Below are positions 10,121 through 20,400 of a DNA stretch of 64,000 nucleotides, piece after piece. The translations under genes were made by a program, and so were the position numbers. Positions within the stretch are counted from its first letter, which is position 1. Every line of letters begins with the position of its first letter. The notes under the pieces were generated by a model that saw only the letters and a program-made list of their open reading frames with translations, ran no database searches and was not told the DNA's origin. Location: the NCBI GenBank assembly GCA_045611705.1, contig JAZKXR010000007.1:248662-312661 (forward strand), given 5' to 3'. The DNA is from Alphaproteobacteria bacterium. Its GTDB lineage: Bacteria > Pseudomonadota > Alphaproteobacteria > CAAHEQ01 > UBA3637.

Positions 10121-11319
10121 TTGAAAAATCCTATTGCTTTTTGAAGGGCTGAAATAAATGCATCCACATCCTGTTTATCATTATATAAACCAAGGGATAC
10201 GCGAATACTAGCACTGTTACCGAAGAATTGATGTATCGGCATTGCACAGTGATGACCAATACGAACACAAACATTTTGTTTGGCCAAAATCATACTGATA
10301 TCATTGGGATGAATGTCTTTTATATTAAAGGATACCAAACCAAGTTTTAAATCCGGATTTCCTAAAAATTGAATATCTTTAATCTCTTTTAAGCATTGAA
10401 TCAGATAATCAAAGACTTGTTTTTCCTGTTTTTGAATTTCATCCATCGTGATGTTTTGAATAAACTCTATGGCAGATTTCAAACCTATTGCTTCTGCAAT
10501 AGGCGGTGTACCCGCCTCTAATCTGGCTGGCAAATCAGCAAAGGTTGTTTTATCGGGATAAACCTCCTTTATCATATCCCCGCCAAATTGATACGGCGGA
10601 AAAACGTCCAATGCTTCCTTAACACCATATAACACACCAATTCCGGTCGGACCGTAAATTTTATGACCGGAAAATACAAAATAATCACAATTCATATCTT
10701 TCACATCCGTTTGGATATGACAGATACTTTGTGCACCATCAACCAAAACCTTTGCACCAACCTGATGGGATAATTTGATAACTTCCTTTACAGGATTAAT
10801 AACACCCAAAACGTTGGACATAGCCGATATGGCCACAATTTTGGTATTCTTATTTAACTTGGCTTTAAAATCATCTAAATCCCAGGAACCATCTTTTTTT
10901 ACATTAAAAATACAAAACTTTGCCCCTGTTTTTAAACAAGCTTGCTGCCAAGGAACAAAATTGGCATGGTGTTCAGCAACAGATACCAACACCTCATCAT
11001 TTGGCTTTAACAGTTGTTCATAACCTGACGCAACAATATTGATTGCCTCAGTTGCTCCTTTCGTGAAAACAATTTCCTTTTCATCTGCCTCAATAAATTC
11101 AGCAATCTTTTTTCGGGATGATTCATACATTCTTGTTGCACGATTGGCCAATTCACAGCTCCCACGATGAACATTTGAATAATCCTTTAAATAAAAATTA
11201 GATAACGCCTCAACAACCATTTTTGGTTTTTGTGCAGATGCGGCTGAATCCAAATAAATTAAAGAATTATCAAAAATCGGAAAATCTTTTTTAAACATTT
11301 TCATCCATCCATTTTTCAA
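10117..11319 (-). CDS. sufS: Cysteine desulfurase SufS
   Basis: 400 aa class-V aminotransferase with the PLP-Lys region FSGHKIYGPTGIGVLY and a catalytic Cys region (RIGHHCAMP). Confidence 0.9.
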   Translation of the reverse strand: MKNGWMKMFKKDFPIFDNSLIYLDSAASAQKPKMVVEALSNFYLKDYSNVHRGSCELANRATRMYESSRKKIAEFIEADEKEIVFTKGATEAINIVASGYEQLLKPNDEVLVSVAEHHANFVPWQQACLKTGAKFCIFNVKKDGSWDLDDFKAKLNKNTKIVAISAMSNVLGVINPVKEVIKLSHQVGAKVLVDGAQSICHIQTDVKDMNCDYFVFSGHKIYGPTGIGVLYGVKEALDVFPPYQFGGDMIKEVYPDKTTFADLPARLEAGTPPIAEAIGLKSAIEFIQNITMDEIQKQEKQVFDYLIQCLKEIKDIQFLGNPDLKLGLVSFNIKDIHPNDISMILAKQNVCVRIGHHCAMPIHQFFGNSASIRVSLGLYNDKQDVDAFISALQKAIGFFK

Positions 11320-11908
11320 TTATCGCTTCAAAATCTGGGGGCATTACATCCGACATAAAAGAACGCAATAACAAACGGCGGGCATCTGATTCATTCAAAC
11401 CTCTTGCCTGTAAATAAAACAGCTGTTCTTTATCCAAAGGCCCGACCGCCGAGCCATGAGCACATTGAACATCATCGGCCCAAATTTCCAACTGAGGCAC
11501 CGCCGAAACGATTGCTTTTGGCGACAATAAAACCGCCCGATGATTTTGGCGACCATCACATTTTTGGCTGTCATAGGGAATTTTAATTGTTCCATTGAAT
11601 TGAACAAAGGCATTATCCGTCACCAAACCCTTTATTTGTTGATTTGATGTTGTATTTTTTACATTATGCAAAACTTTAATATCTATATTTAACCTATTGT
11701 TTTTATTTGATAAGTATGCACAATTTATTTCAGATTTTGCCCCTTCCCCATTTAACAAAACCAAAACATCCAAATTTCCATCCGTTTGCAAAAAATCAAC
11801 CGTCAAAACACCATCTTTTTGAACATCAAAAACCCATCTATAAGGTTCTGGATTTTGAACAATTGTATTTGTTTGGCAACGAATCAAAAAAGGATTAGAA
11901 TTTGTCAT
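11291..11908 (-). CDS. sufD: Fe-S cluster assembly protein SufD (unusually short, ~205 aa)
   Basis: Conserved SufD C-terminal region CAHGSAVGPLDKEQLFYLQARGLNESDARRLL. Probable start MTNSN at ATG 11908, overlapping the sufC 3' end by 14 nt. The longest ORF runs to 11971. Confidence 0.65.
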   Translation of the reverse strand: MTNSNPFLIRCQTNTIVQNPEPYRWVFDVQKDGVLTVDFLQTDGNLDVLVLLNGEGAKSEINCAYLSNKNNRLNIDIKVLHNVKNTTSNQQIKGLVTDNAFVQFNGTIKIPYDSQKCDGRQNHRAVLLSPKAIVSAVPQLEIWADDVQCAHGSAVGPLDKEQLFYLQARGLNESDARRLLLRSFMSDVMPPDFEAIIEKWMDENV

Positions 11909-12635
11909 AGCCTTTTTCCTCAATTTCACGAACCAAATCCGCTCCACCCGTTGTAATGACCTGCCCATCACGCATTACAGATACTTTATCCGGTTGTACA
12001 TATTGCAATAAATCATCATGGTGAGTAATAATCATAAAACTGCGTTTACCTTCACGCATTACAGAAACAGCCTGACCAACTACCTTTAAAGCATCCACAT
12101 CCAAACCGGAATCCATTTCATCCAAAATACAAAAATCAGGTTCCAACATGGCCATTTGAAAGGTTTCCAAACGTTTTTTTTCACCACCTGAAAAACCGAC
12201 ATTAACCGGTCTTTTCAACATATCATTTTTAATTCCCAAAGCCGTGGCACGCAAATTCATATACTTCATAAACTGAACTGCATCCATTGGATCTTGACCC
12301 AAAAATTTACGTTTGGCATTCAAGGCTGTTTTTAAAAATTGAGCCAAACCAACCCCTGGCAATTCCACAGGGTGCTGAAAGGCCAAAAACACACCACTGT
12401 TTGCTCTTTCATCTGGTGTCATTTTCAACAAATCCTGACCTTTAAACAAAATTTCACCTTCTGTTACGGTATAAGCCGGATTTCCCGCAATAACAGCCGA
12501 TAAAGTACTTTTACCACAACCGTTAGGCCCCATAATGGCATGAACTTGACCTTCTTCTATTGTCAGATTCAGACCTTTTAAAATTTCCTTATCACCAACA
12601 GAGGCATGCAAATTCTTAATTTCTAACAATGTCAT
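11895..12635 (-). CDS. sufC: Fe-S cluster assembly ATPase SufC
   Basis: Walker A GPNGCGKST, ABC signature and D-loop. Canonical start MTLLEIKNLHASV at 12635 preceded by GGAGAA. The ORF-track N-terminal extension (to 12740) overlaps sufB and is probably not translated. Confidence 0.85.
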   Translation of the reverse strand: MTLLEIKNLHASVGDKEILKGLNLTIEEGQVHAIMGPNGCGKSTLSAVIAGNPAYTVTEGEILFKGQDLLKMTPDERANSGVFLAFQHPVELPGVGLAQFLKTALNAKRKFLGQDPMDAVQFMKYMNLRATALGIKNDMLKRPVNVGFSGGEKKRLETFQMAMLEPDFCILDEMDSGLDVDALKVVGQAVSVMREGKRSFMIITHHDDLLQYVQPDKVSVMRDGQVITTGGADLVREIEEKGYDKF

Positions 12636-12649
12636 TTTCTTCTCCATTA

Positions 12650-14101
12650 TTATCCGATACTTCCTTCTAACTGAATACCAATCAGCTTTTGTGCTTCTAT
12701 GGCAAATTCCAACGGCAAACGTTGCATCACTTCCCGGCAAAAACCATTAACAATTAAGCCAACCGCTTCTTCGGATGAAAGACCACGTTGCATGGTATAA
12801 AAAAGCTGTTCTTCGCTAATTTTACTGGTTGTAGCTTCGTGTTCAATTACAGCTGTTTCGTTAGCACACACCATAACCGGAATTGTATGAGCACCACATT
12901 TATCACCAATCAATAAGCTGTCACACTTACTGACGTTTTTGGCATTATCGGCCGTTGATGCCATTTTAACCAAACCACGATAGGTATTAGATGACAAACC
13001 TGCCGAAATTCCTTTTGATATAATTGTTGATGTTGTATTTTTACCCAAGTGAATCATTTTTGTGCCCGTATCGGCCTGTTGGCGGTTATTTGTCAAAGCC
13101 ACCGAATAAAACTCTCCAACAGCGTTATCACCTTTCAAAATACAACTGGGATATTTCCAGGTAATAGCCGAACCTGTTTCAACCTGAGTCCATGAAAGTT
13201 TAGCATCATCCAAAACCAAACCACGTTTTGTCACAAAATTATAAATACCACCCTTACCTTCTTTATCACCGGGATACCAGTTTTGAACAGTGGAATATTT
13301 AACATTTGCTTTGTTTTTAACCACAATTTCCACAATAGCCGCATGCAATTGATTTTCATCACGTTGAGGAGCCGTACAACCTTCCAAATAGCTGAGCGAT
13401 GATTCATCATCTGCAATAATCAAAGTTCTTTCAAACTGACCGGCATTTTTGGCATTGATTCTGAAATAACTGGACAATTCCATTGGGCATTGAACACCTT
13501 TTGGAATATAAACAAAAGAACCATCGGAAAAAACAGCACTGTTTAAACAGGCAAAAAAATTGTCCGTATATGGCACAACTGTTCCCAAGTATTCCTTTAC
13601 CAATTCAGGATATTCACGAACAGCTTCCCCAAACGAACAAAATAAAATGCCCCGTTTTTTCAACTCAGCCGAATAAGTTGTTGTAATTGAGGTACTGTCA
13701 AAAATCGCATCTACGGCAACGCCAGCCAATTGTTCTTGTTCCTTTAACGGAATCCCCAATTTTTCATAGGTCTTTAAAATTTCCGGATCAACTTCATCCA
13801 ATGATTTTGGAGCTTCTTTATGTGGTGCAGAATAATAATACAAATCCTGATAATCAATTGCCGGATATTCGGCCTTTATCCAATGTGGTTCCGACATTGT
13901 CAGAAAATGCCGATAAGCCTTTAAACGAAAATCTAAAAGCCATACAGGTTCATTTTTCTTTTTTGAAATAAAACGAATAACTTCCTCATTCAACCCTTTG
14001 GGTGAATATTCGCTATCTACATTTGTTTCAAACCCCTCTTTGTACGGGGTATTTACAACATCCAAAATTTGCGACTGTTTTTCCATAACATAAATATGCA
14101 C
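12650..14101 (-). CDS. sufB: Fe-S cluster assembly scaffold SufB
   Basis: 483 aa with SufB-family conserved blocks (e.g. [39 protein letters not shown]). Confidence 0.9.
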   Translation of the reverse strand: MHIYVMEKQSQILDVVNTPYKEGFETNVDSEYSPKGLNEEVIRFISKKKNEPVWLLDFRLKAYRHFLTMSEPHWIKAEYPAIDYQDLYYYSAPHKEAPKSLDEVDPEILKTYEKLGIPLKEQEQLAGVAVDAIFDSTSITTTYSAELKKRGILFCSFGEAVREYPELVKEYLGTVVPYTDNFFACLNSAVFSDGSFVYIPKGVQCPMELSSYFRINAKNAGQFERTLIIADDESSLSYLEGCTAPQRDENQLHAAIVEIVVKNKANVKYSTVQNWYPGDKEGKGGIYNFVTKRGLVLDDAKLSWTQVETGSAITWKYPSCILKGDNAVGEFYSVALTNNRQQADTGTKMIHLGKNTTSTIISKGISAGLSSNTYRGLVKMASTADNAKNVSKCDSLLIGDKCGAHTIPVMVCANETAVIEHEATTSKISEEQLFYTMQRGLSSEEAVGLIVNGFCREVMQRLPLEFAIEAQKLIGIQLEGSIG

Positions 14102-14190
14102 TATTTTTCAAAAAAAGTCAAGAAAAAGCATTTTTTTACTTGCATACTTTTCAAAAAAAATGTAGTGTTTTAAAAACGGGAGAAAATAAA

Positions 14191-15204
14191 ATGAATATAG
14201 TTTCTTTTTTATCTATGTTAAGTCTGTCTTTATTTATCGTTACGATTACTTTATCTTTTATTTATTTAGTTCGTTTACAGACTTTAAATAAAAAAATTGT
14301 TTTTTTAAAAAATCAAAATATAAAAAACTCAAAAAAATTGGAAAGTTTTAACAAAAAAAACGAAACCCCTTTGGGGCCATGGTTATCTTCTTGTGGAAAA
14401 AGCTATACGCTTTATTTAAACAAAAACGGCATCATTACAAACGTTGATGAAAATTTTTTACAATTAATGGGATACAACAAAAAAGAGTTAATTGGTAAAA
14501 ACATTTACGGAACATTAAAAAATAAAATTTCAAATAAAGAGCCTTTAGAAAATAACATTGTCAAAAAGATTTTTAAAAATCCAAAACTGTATACGGAACA
14601 CGAAACTGAATTAAAGACAAAAACAGGAAAAAAAGTTTGGATAACCTGGACAAACAAAATTGTTTTTGACAAAAATAAAAAACCCATTGAATTAAGATCT
14701 GTTGGCTTTGATGTTACAAAAAGGAAAGATCTGGAAGCTGAATTACAATTTTTAGCTTCAACAGATCCTCAAACGGGAGTCTTAAACAAAAAATCACTGC
14801 TGGAAATCGGCACTCGCGAATTAAAAAGAAGTATCCGTTACAAACATCCTTTTTCTGTTTTAACATTAAAATTATTTTTAAAAAACGATTCTATTTTGGA
14901 CAGAAAACTCAGTGATTTTATATTAAAAGATATCGTTTCTTTATGTCGTCATACTATTCGTGATGTTGACTATTTGGGACGAATTGGTGAAACCGAATTT
15001 TGCATGCTTTTGCCTGAAACACCGGAAGATCAAGTCATTTATTTACAAAAACGCATAGAACAAAAAGTTGAGCTTTTTAATAAAAATAATCCAAATAAAA
15101 TAACCATTTTCTTTGGCATTTCTGGCTATTTAGAAACAGATGATTCATTAGACTGTATCATTATACGTGCTTTACAAAAATCAAATAAAAAAGGAAAAAA
15201 ATGA
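14191..15204 (+). CDS. Membrane-anchored PAS sensor with a degenerate GGDEF domain (GGDEF motif replaced by GETEF)
   Basis: N-terminal TM helix (start MNIVSF at 14191, GGGAG RBS), a PAS-like region, then a GGDEF-domain region LASTDPQTGVLNKKSL...YLGRIGETEFCMLLPET. The catalytic-site motif reads RIGETEF rather than RYGGEEF. Confidence 0.65.
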   Translation: MNIVSFLSMLSLSLFIVTITLSFIYLVRLQTLNKKIVFLKNQNIKNSKKLESFNKKNETPLGPWLSSCGKSYTLYLNKNGIITNVDENFLQLMGYNKKELIGKNIYGTLKNKISNKEPLENNIVKKIFKNPKLYTEHETELKTKTGKKVWITWTNKIVFDKNKKPIELRSVGFDVTKRKDLEAELQFLASTDPQTGVLNKKSLLEIGTRELKRSIRYKHPFSVLTLKLFLKNDSILDRKLSDFILKDIVSLCRHTIRDVDYLGRIGETEFCMLLPETPEDQVIYLQKRIEQKVELFNKNNPNKITIFFGISGYLETDDSLDCIIIRALQKSNKKGKK

Positions 15205-16073
15205 CTCAGATAATTTTAAAAAACAATAAAATTTCTGTGGGAATTTTACCTGAATGTGGTGGTTCCCTTTCGTTCTTAAAATATATGAATCTGGATATAT
15301 TACGCACAACAAACGAAAAACAATCCGATCCAAATCAATCATCCTTGTTTGTTATGATTCCTTATGCCAGTTTTATTTCAAACGGCAAATTTCCCTATTT
15401 TGGCATTACGCGTTCTCTTGTTGCCAATTCAAATATTTCTTCATATCCAATTCATGGAGATGTTTGGCAAAAAAAATTGCAACTTATTCAACAAAGCGAT
15501 AACTTAGTTGAATTAACGTTAGTGCACAAAAAAGAAGAAGGTTTTCCCTATAATTATACAGCAGGAATTATTTATGAATTGCAAGATGAAAAACTCTTAA
15601 TAACCTTAAAATTAAAAAACGATACACCTTTACCAATGCCATATGGTTTAGGCATTCATCCTTTTTTTAAAAACACCCCAAAAACAAAAATTCAATATAA
15701 TTCAAAAAATATATGGTATCAAGACGATGATCCAATTATGGGACATCCCTATCCCATTTCAAAAGATTTAAACTTTAACGACCCAAAACCTTTACCCCGA
15801 ACAGGATTGAATATTAGTGTTGATAATTGGGATGGCATTGCCAAAATCATTCAAGATAATTATTCTGTCACCATTCAGGCCGATAATTCGTTTGGTCATT
15901 TAACGCTTTACGCACCACGGGGAAAAGATTTTTTCTGTTTAGAACCTGTTTCCCATACTCCGGATGCATTTAATTTGGCAGCACAAGGTATTGTCGGAAC
16001 AGGAATTCAAACACTTGGGCCAAATGAAAGCACATCAAATACAATTACTTTTATACTGAAAGGAAAACAATGA
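15201..16073 (+). CDS. Aldose 1-epimerase family protein (hexose or hexose-phosphate mutarotase-like)
   Basis: 290 aa resembling the galactose-mutarotase-like fold (ISVGILPECGGSLSFLKY...HGDVWQKK...GIHPFF). Overlaps pyk start (ATGA). Confidence 0.5.
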   Translation: MTQIILKNNKISVGILPECGGSLSFLKYMNLDILRTTNEKQSDPNQSSLFVMIPYASFISNGKFPYFGITRSLVANSNISSYPIHGDVWQKKLQLIQQSDNLVELTLVHKKEEGFPYNYTAGIIYELQDEKLLITLKLKNDTPLPMPYGLGIHPFFKNTPKTKIQYNSKNIWYQDDDPIMGHPYPISKDLNFNDPKPLPRTGLNISVDNWDGIAKIIQDNYSVTIQADNSFGHLTLYAPRGKDFFCLEPVSHTPDAFNLAAQGIVGTGIQTLGPNESTSNTITFILKGKQ

Positions 16074-17479
16074 TACCTTTAACAAAGATTATTGCCACAT
16101 TGGGACCAGCCACTTCATCACCAAAAATGATTGAAAATCTAGCCAAAGCCGGTGCCAACGTTTTTCGTTTAAATTTCAGCCATGGCACTTATTCAGAACA
16201 TTTGGAACGCATCCAAATTATACGTAATTTGGCAAACAAAAATAAAACACATTATACTATTTTGGCAGATATGCAGGGTCCTAAATTGCGTGTTGGAAGT
16301 TTTGAAAATAAATCTATTATATTAAAAAACGGTCAAACTTTTATACTGGACACAAATAAAACCTTAGGTAACGAAAAACGTGTTCAATTACCCCATCCTG
16401 AAATTTTTAAAGTAATTAAAAAGAAAATGAATCTGCTGTTAAATGATGGTAAAATCGTTTTAAGCGTTCAAAAAGTTTCCCCAAAACAAATTCTTACAAA
16501 AGTTTTGGTTGGAGGAGAATTGTCCGATCATAAAGGTGTCAATGTTCCTGATGTTATTTTACCGATTTCATCTTTAACGACGAAAGATAAAAAAGATTTA
16601 AAATTTGCTATGAATGCCGGTGTTGATTGGATTTGCTTGTCTTTTGTACAAACAGCCCAAGATATTATATCTGCCAAACGATTAATAGGAGACAAAACTC
16701 CTGTTTTGGCAAAAATAGAAAAGCCAGCCGCTATTCAAAACATTTCAGAAATCGTTTCAAAAGCTGATGCCATAATGGTTGCGCGTGGTGATTTAGGGGT
16801 AGAATGCCCAATTGCTTCTGTTCCCGGATTACAACGAAAAATTATGGCAGCTTGCCGTTTAGCAGGGAAACCTGTTGTTGTTGCAACCCAAATGTTAGAA
16901 AGCATGATAGAAGCACCTGTTCCAACACGAGCAGAAGTTTCCGATATTGCAACAGCCGTTTATGAAGGAGCCGATGCGGTTATGTTATCGGCTGAAACTG
17001 CCGCAGGAAAATATCCGATTCAGGCAGTTCAAACGATGCACGATGTTATTTTAAAAACACAAGCGGATCCAGATTATCAAATACGTTTATCGGCTTTACG
17101 TTTGCCTTTGGATGGCACAATTGCCTGCGCTATAACCTCTTCCATGCGACGAATGATTCAATCTTTATCCCATCCTGGATGTATTGCTACTTATTCTGTT
17201 TCAGGACGTACAACCTTACGCGTTGCCCGTGAACGTGCTATCGTTCCCATTTTGGGTATGACAACTTCTGAAAAAACAGCCAATCAAATGGGATTGGTTT
17301 GGGGGGTCGTTCCCGTTTGGATTAAAACGGTTAAACATATTGGTGAGGTAGCTCCTTTAGCAATTGAAAACGCCCAAAAACATCACTTAGCCAAACGTGG
17401 TGAGCAAATGATTATTACAGCCGGCTATCCTTTTGGCAACCAAGGCAATACAAATATTCTGTATATTGTGGATATTTAA
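16070..17479 (+). CDS. pyk: Pyruvate kinase
   Basis: 469 aa with strong PK signatures (KIIATLGPAT, FRLNFSHG, MVARGDLGVE). Confidence 0.95.
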   Translation: MIPLTKIIATLGPATSSPKMIENLAKAGANVFRLNFSHGTYSEHLERIQIIRNLANKNKTHYTILADMQGPKLRVGSFENKSIILKNGQTFILDTNKTLGNEKRVQLPHPEIFKVIKKKMNLLLNDGKIVLSVQKVSPKQILTKVLVGGELSDHKGVNVPDVILPISSLTTKDKKDLKFAMNAGVDWICLSFVQTAQDIISAKRLIGDKTPVLAKIEKPAAIQNISEIVSKADAIMVARGDLGVECPIASVPGLQRKIMAACRLAGKPVVVATQMLESMIEAPVPTRAEVSDIATAVYEGADAVMLSAETAAGKYPIQAVQTMHDVILKTQADPDYQIRLSALRLPLDGTIACAITSSMRRMIQSLSHPGCIATYSVSGRTTLRVARERAIVPILGMTTSEKTANQMGLVWGVVPVWIKTVKHIGEVAPLAIENAQKHHLAKRGEQMIITAGYPFGNQGNTNILYIVDI

Positions 17480-17504
17480 GGGTTGTTTTTATAAAACAAT
17501 AAAA

Positions 17505-17538
17505 AACACCGCCTTTTTCGGGCGGTGTTTCAGTTTAC
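17505..17538. terminator. Bidirectional rho-independent terminator between convergent pyk and pgk
   Basis: AAACACCGCC(TTTTTCG)GGCGGTGTTT hairpin with flanking T/A runs on both strands. Confidence 0.7.
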
Positions 17539-17548
17539 TTTTAGATGC

Positions 17549-18733
17549 TTATTTTTCCAAAATGGCGACACCCGGCAATGTTTTGCCTTCCATCCATTCC
17601 AAGAAAGCACCACCGGCCGCTGACACATAGGTCATATCAGCCTTAACACCTGCTTTCTTTAATGCAGAAACAGTATCGCCACCACCAGCAACGGATGTCA
17701 ACAAACCAGCCTTGGTTTGTTCGGCAACCACTTTGGCGATTTCATTTGTTCCTTTATCAAAAGGTTTGATTTCAAAACAACCCACAGGACCATTCCAAAT
17801 CAAGGTTTTGGCATTTTTAATCACATCACAGAAAGCCTGAACGGATTTTTCACCAATATCCATCAACACTTTACCAGCCGGCACTTTATCGGCATCGGAT
17901 GTGTGGGCTTCTTGACCTTCACCAAAAGCATCAGCCCAAACCAAATCGGTCGGCACAACAATTTTGCAATTACCGGCATTGGCCAAAATGTTTTTGGCTG
18001 TATCAATCATATCGGGTTCAACCAAAGAACCTTCACCCATCGGGATACCTTGGGCAGCCAAGAATGTATGGGCCATACCCCCACCAATCAACAAATAGTC
18101 AACTTTTTTCACTAAGTTGCCTAATAAATCCAATTTTGTGGAAACTTTACTGCCACCCACCAAAGCAACAGCCGGATGAACAGGATTTCCCAAAGCTTTA
18201 TCCAAAGCTTCCAATTCTTCCTGCATCAAGCGACCGGCTCCACGGGGCAATAAATGGGCCATACCTTCTGTGGAAGCATGAGCACGGTGAGCCGTTGAAA
18301 AAGCATCATTGATATAGATATCAATGCCATGGGCCAAATTTTCGGCAAATTCACGGTCATTTTTTTCTTCACCCGCATAAAAACGCAGGTTTTCCAACAA
18401 CAAAACATCACCGTTTTGCATGGCACGAACGGCTTCATCACGACCTTCGCCAATGCAATCGTCCACAAATTTAACTTTCAAGCCCGAGGCTTTTTCCAAA
18501 GCGGGTGCCAAAAAGGCCAATGAAAATTCGGGATTCTTTTGTCCTTTGGGACGACCAAAGTGGCTGGCCACAACGGCTTTGCCACCATGTTCCACAACAT
18601 ACTTTAATGTTGGAACGAAACGGTCAATACGGGTTGTATCGGAAATTTGTCCATCTTTGGCCGGCACATTTAAATCAGCACGAATAAAAACGGTTTTTCC
18701 GTTAAAATCAAAATCATCAAGTGTTTTAAACAT
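17549..18733 (-). CDS. pgk: Phosphoglycerate kinase
   Basis: 394 aa. N-terminal substrate-binding motif RADLNVP and C-terminal GGGD. Confidence 0.95.
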   Translation of the reverse strand: MFKTLDDFDFNGKTVFIRADLNVPAKDGQISDTTRIDRFVPTLKYVVEHGGKAVVASHFGRPKGQKNPEFSLAFLAPALEKASGLKVKFVDDCIGEGRDEAVRAMQNGDVLLLENLRFYAGEEKNDREFAENLAHGIDIYINDAFSTAHRAHASTEGMAHLLPRGAGRLMQEELEALDKALGNPVHPAVALVGGSKVSTKLDLLGNLVKKVDYLLIGGGMAHTFLAAQGIPMGEGSLVEPDMIDTAKNILANAGNCKIVVPTDLVWADAFGEGQEAHTSDADKVPAGKVLMDIGEKSVQAFCDVIKNAKTLIWNGPVGCFEIKPFDKGTNEIAKVVAEQTKAGLLTSVAGGGDTVSALKKAGVKADMTYVSAAGGAFLEWMEGKTLPGVAILEK

Positions 18734-18859
18734 TTTTTCTCCTTTTGTAAAACGTTATTTTGATACTCTTTTTCAAAGATTTTGTCAAGCGAAAATTTTA
18801 CTTGCAAAAGGCGATTCTTTTTGCTAAATTACCCCCATATTAAAACAAAAGGATATAAA

Positions 18860-19315
18860 ATGAAATTGATTGTAGAATATTTAGAAAATTATGATAAAAA
18901 CTGGGGGTTGTTATCCTATAAACACGCCGATGATTCAGGGTTTGATATGCGTGCAGCCATCAAAGAAACCATGACATTGAAACCAGGCCAACATGCGGTT
19001 ATTCCAAATGGTATCAAATTAAAAATTGAATCCCAAGATAACGCCTTTGAAATTCAGGCACGTCCCCGTTCGGGATTGGCCGCCAAATTCGGCATTTCCG
19101 TGGTCAATACCCCAGGCACCATTGATTACGGTTATCGTGGTGAAGTTATGACAATTTTAATCAACCTGGGAACAGAAGATTTTGTCATCAACCCAGGTGA
19201 CAGAATTTCCCAAGCTGTTATTTGTCCAATTATTCGTCCAACGATTGAAGAAGGTATTGTGGACGACATTACAACACGCAGTGCCGGCGGTTTTGGTTCA
19301 ACAGGGGTAAAATAA
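18860..19315 (+). CDS. dut: dUTP diphosphatase (dUTPase)
   Basis: 152 aa from ATG 18860 (RBS AAAGGA). dUTPase motifs are present (SGFDMRAA, RPRSGLAAKFG, IDYGYRGE, RSAGGFGSTG). The ORF-track N-terminal extension has no RBS. Confidence 0.9.
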   Translation: MKLIVEYLENYDKNWGLLSYKHADDSGFDMRAAIKETMTLKPGQHAVIPNGIKLKIESQDNAFEIQARPRSGLAAKFGISVVNTPGTIDYGYRGEVMTILINLGTEDFVINPGDRISQAVICPIIRPTIEEGIVDDITTRSAGGFGSTGVK

Positions 19316-20280
19316 TGACAAAAACTGTTAAAGTTGGCTTTTGTGCTTTTGGAAAAGATTTTAATTATAAAGAATTTTTGCCAATAAAACTCTTATCAGA
19401 TAAATATGATTTTCAACTTTCAGACAATCCTGATTATCTGTTTTATACACCTGCCGATAATACACATCATAATTTTGATTGCATTCGTATTTTCTGGACA
19501 GGCGAAAACATTATTCCTAACTTTAACTATTGCGATTATGCCATTGGTTTTTCAACTCTTTCATTTGATGACAGATATATGCGTTTGCCGTTATGGGCAA
19601 CCTATAAGACAGCATTGGAAAAAACAATCAATCGGCAAAATATAATCACAAAAGAACAAGCCTTAAATCGTTCTTTTTGTGCAACCGTTATTTCCAATTC
19701 CAAACAAACCGACGGTGTTCGTGAAAAAATGTTTGAAAATTTGTCATCTTATAAGTCGGTTGCCTCGGGCGGTAAATGGAAAAACTCAGTCGGTGGGCCT
19801 GTACCCGATAAAATTGAATTTCAAAAAAATTATAAATTCTGCTTATGTGCCGAAAATACATACGCACCAGGTTATACCACCGAAAAAATACTGGAAGCTT
19901 TTGCCAGTAATTGTATCCCCATTTATTACGGCGACCCACTGGCGGTTCAAGACTTTAATCCAAAAGCTTTTATCAATGCCCACGATTTTCCAGATATGGC
20001 CAGCCTGTTGGAACGGGTTAAAGAAATTGATTCAAATGATGAATTATATTGGCAAATTTTACAAGAATCACCATTTTTACCAAACACCTTGGAAAAGTAT
20101 TCAGATAAAAAAGTGGCTGAATTTTTCGATCGCATATTTTCTCAACCTTTAAACAAAGCCAAAAGGCGCTTTTATTTCAAACCCTATCAGGATTTTGATT
20201 ATCGGAATTTAAAGGTTCGGGATATAAAACTGATTTTGAAACACTTTTTTCTGAGCAGATTTAAACGCAAAAAGCATTAA
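19315..20280 (+). CDS. Glycosyltransferase family 10 (alpha-1,3/4-fucosyltransferase-like)
   Basis: 321 aa containing the GT10 motif FCLCAENTYAPGYTTEKILEAFASNCIPIYYGDP (compare Helicobacter FucT FxLxFENS..GYxTEK..IPIYWG). Its start overlaps the dut stop (TAATG). Confidence 0.8.
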   Translation: MTKTVKVGFCAFGKDFNYKEFLPIKLLSDKYDFQLSDNPDYLFYTPADNTHHNFDCIRIFWTGENIIPNFNYCDYAIGFSTLSFDDRYMRLPLWATYKTALEKTINRQNIITKEQALNRSFCATVISNSKQTDGVREKMFENLSSYKSVASGGKWKNSVGGPVPDKIEFQKNYKFCLCAENTYAPGYTTEKILEAFASNCIPIYYGDPLAVQDFNPKAFINAHDFPDMASLLERVKEIDSNDELYWQILQESPFLPNTLEKYSDKKVAEFFDRIFSQPLNKAKRRFYFKPYQDFDYRNLKVRDIKLILKHFFLSRFKRKKH

Positions 20281-20284
20281 AACC

Positions 20285-20313
20285 TTGACTTTTTGGGGTT
20301 GTTCGGTTAGAAC
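20285..20313 (+). promoter_or_regulatory. Orphan copy (R1) of a duplicated sigma70 promoter module (TTGACT-17-TAGAAC)
   Basis: A ~58-bp repeat (20281-20340) nearly identical to the ettA promoter region at 21204-21262. It lies downstream of the fucosyltransferase stop and points into a ~60-nt region that ends at a terminator hairpin. Confidence 0.45.
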
Positions 20314-20319
20314 ACCCCC

Positions 20320-20400
20320 TATTTTTATTTTAAAGAAAAGATAGGAATAACTATCCGTTTTAAAAATAAATAAAAGCCCCAAAGTTGGGGCTTTTATTTT
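20320..20400 (+). ncRNA. Candidate small RNA (~80 nt) driven by the R1 promoter and ended by the 20372-20400 hairpin
   Basis: No ORF. Internal hairpin GATAG-G-AATAA-CTATC, then AAAGCCCCAAAGTTGGGGCTTTTATTTTT terminator. Confidence 0.3.
20372..20400. terminator. Bidirectional terminator hairpin (AAAGCCCC-AAAGTT-GGGGCTTT) flanked by T/A runs
   Basis: Perfect 8-bp stem with U-runs on both strands. Serves the convergent 20400..20885 gene and the R1 transcript. Confidence 0.65.
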
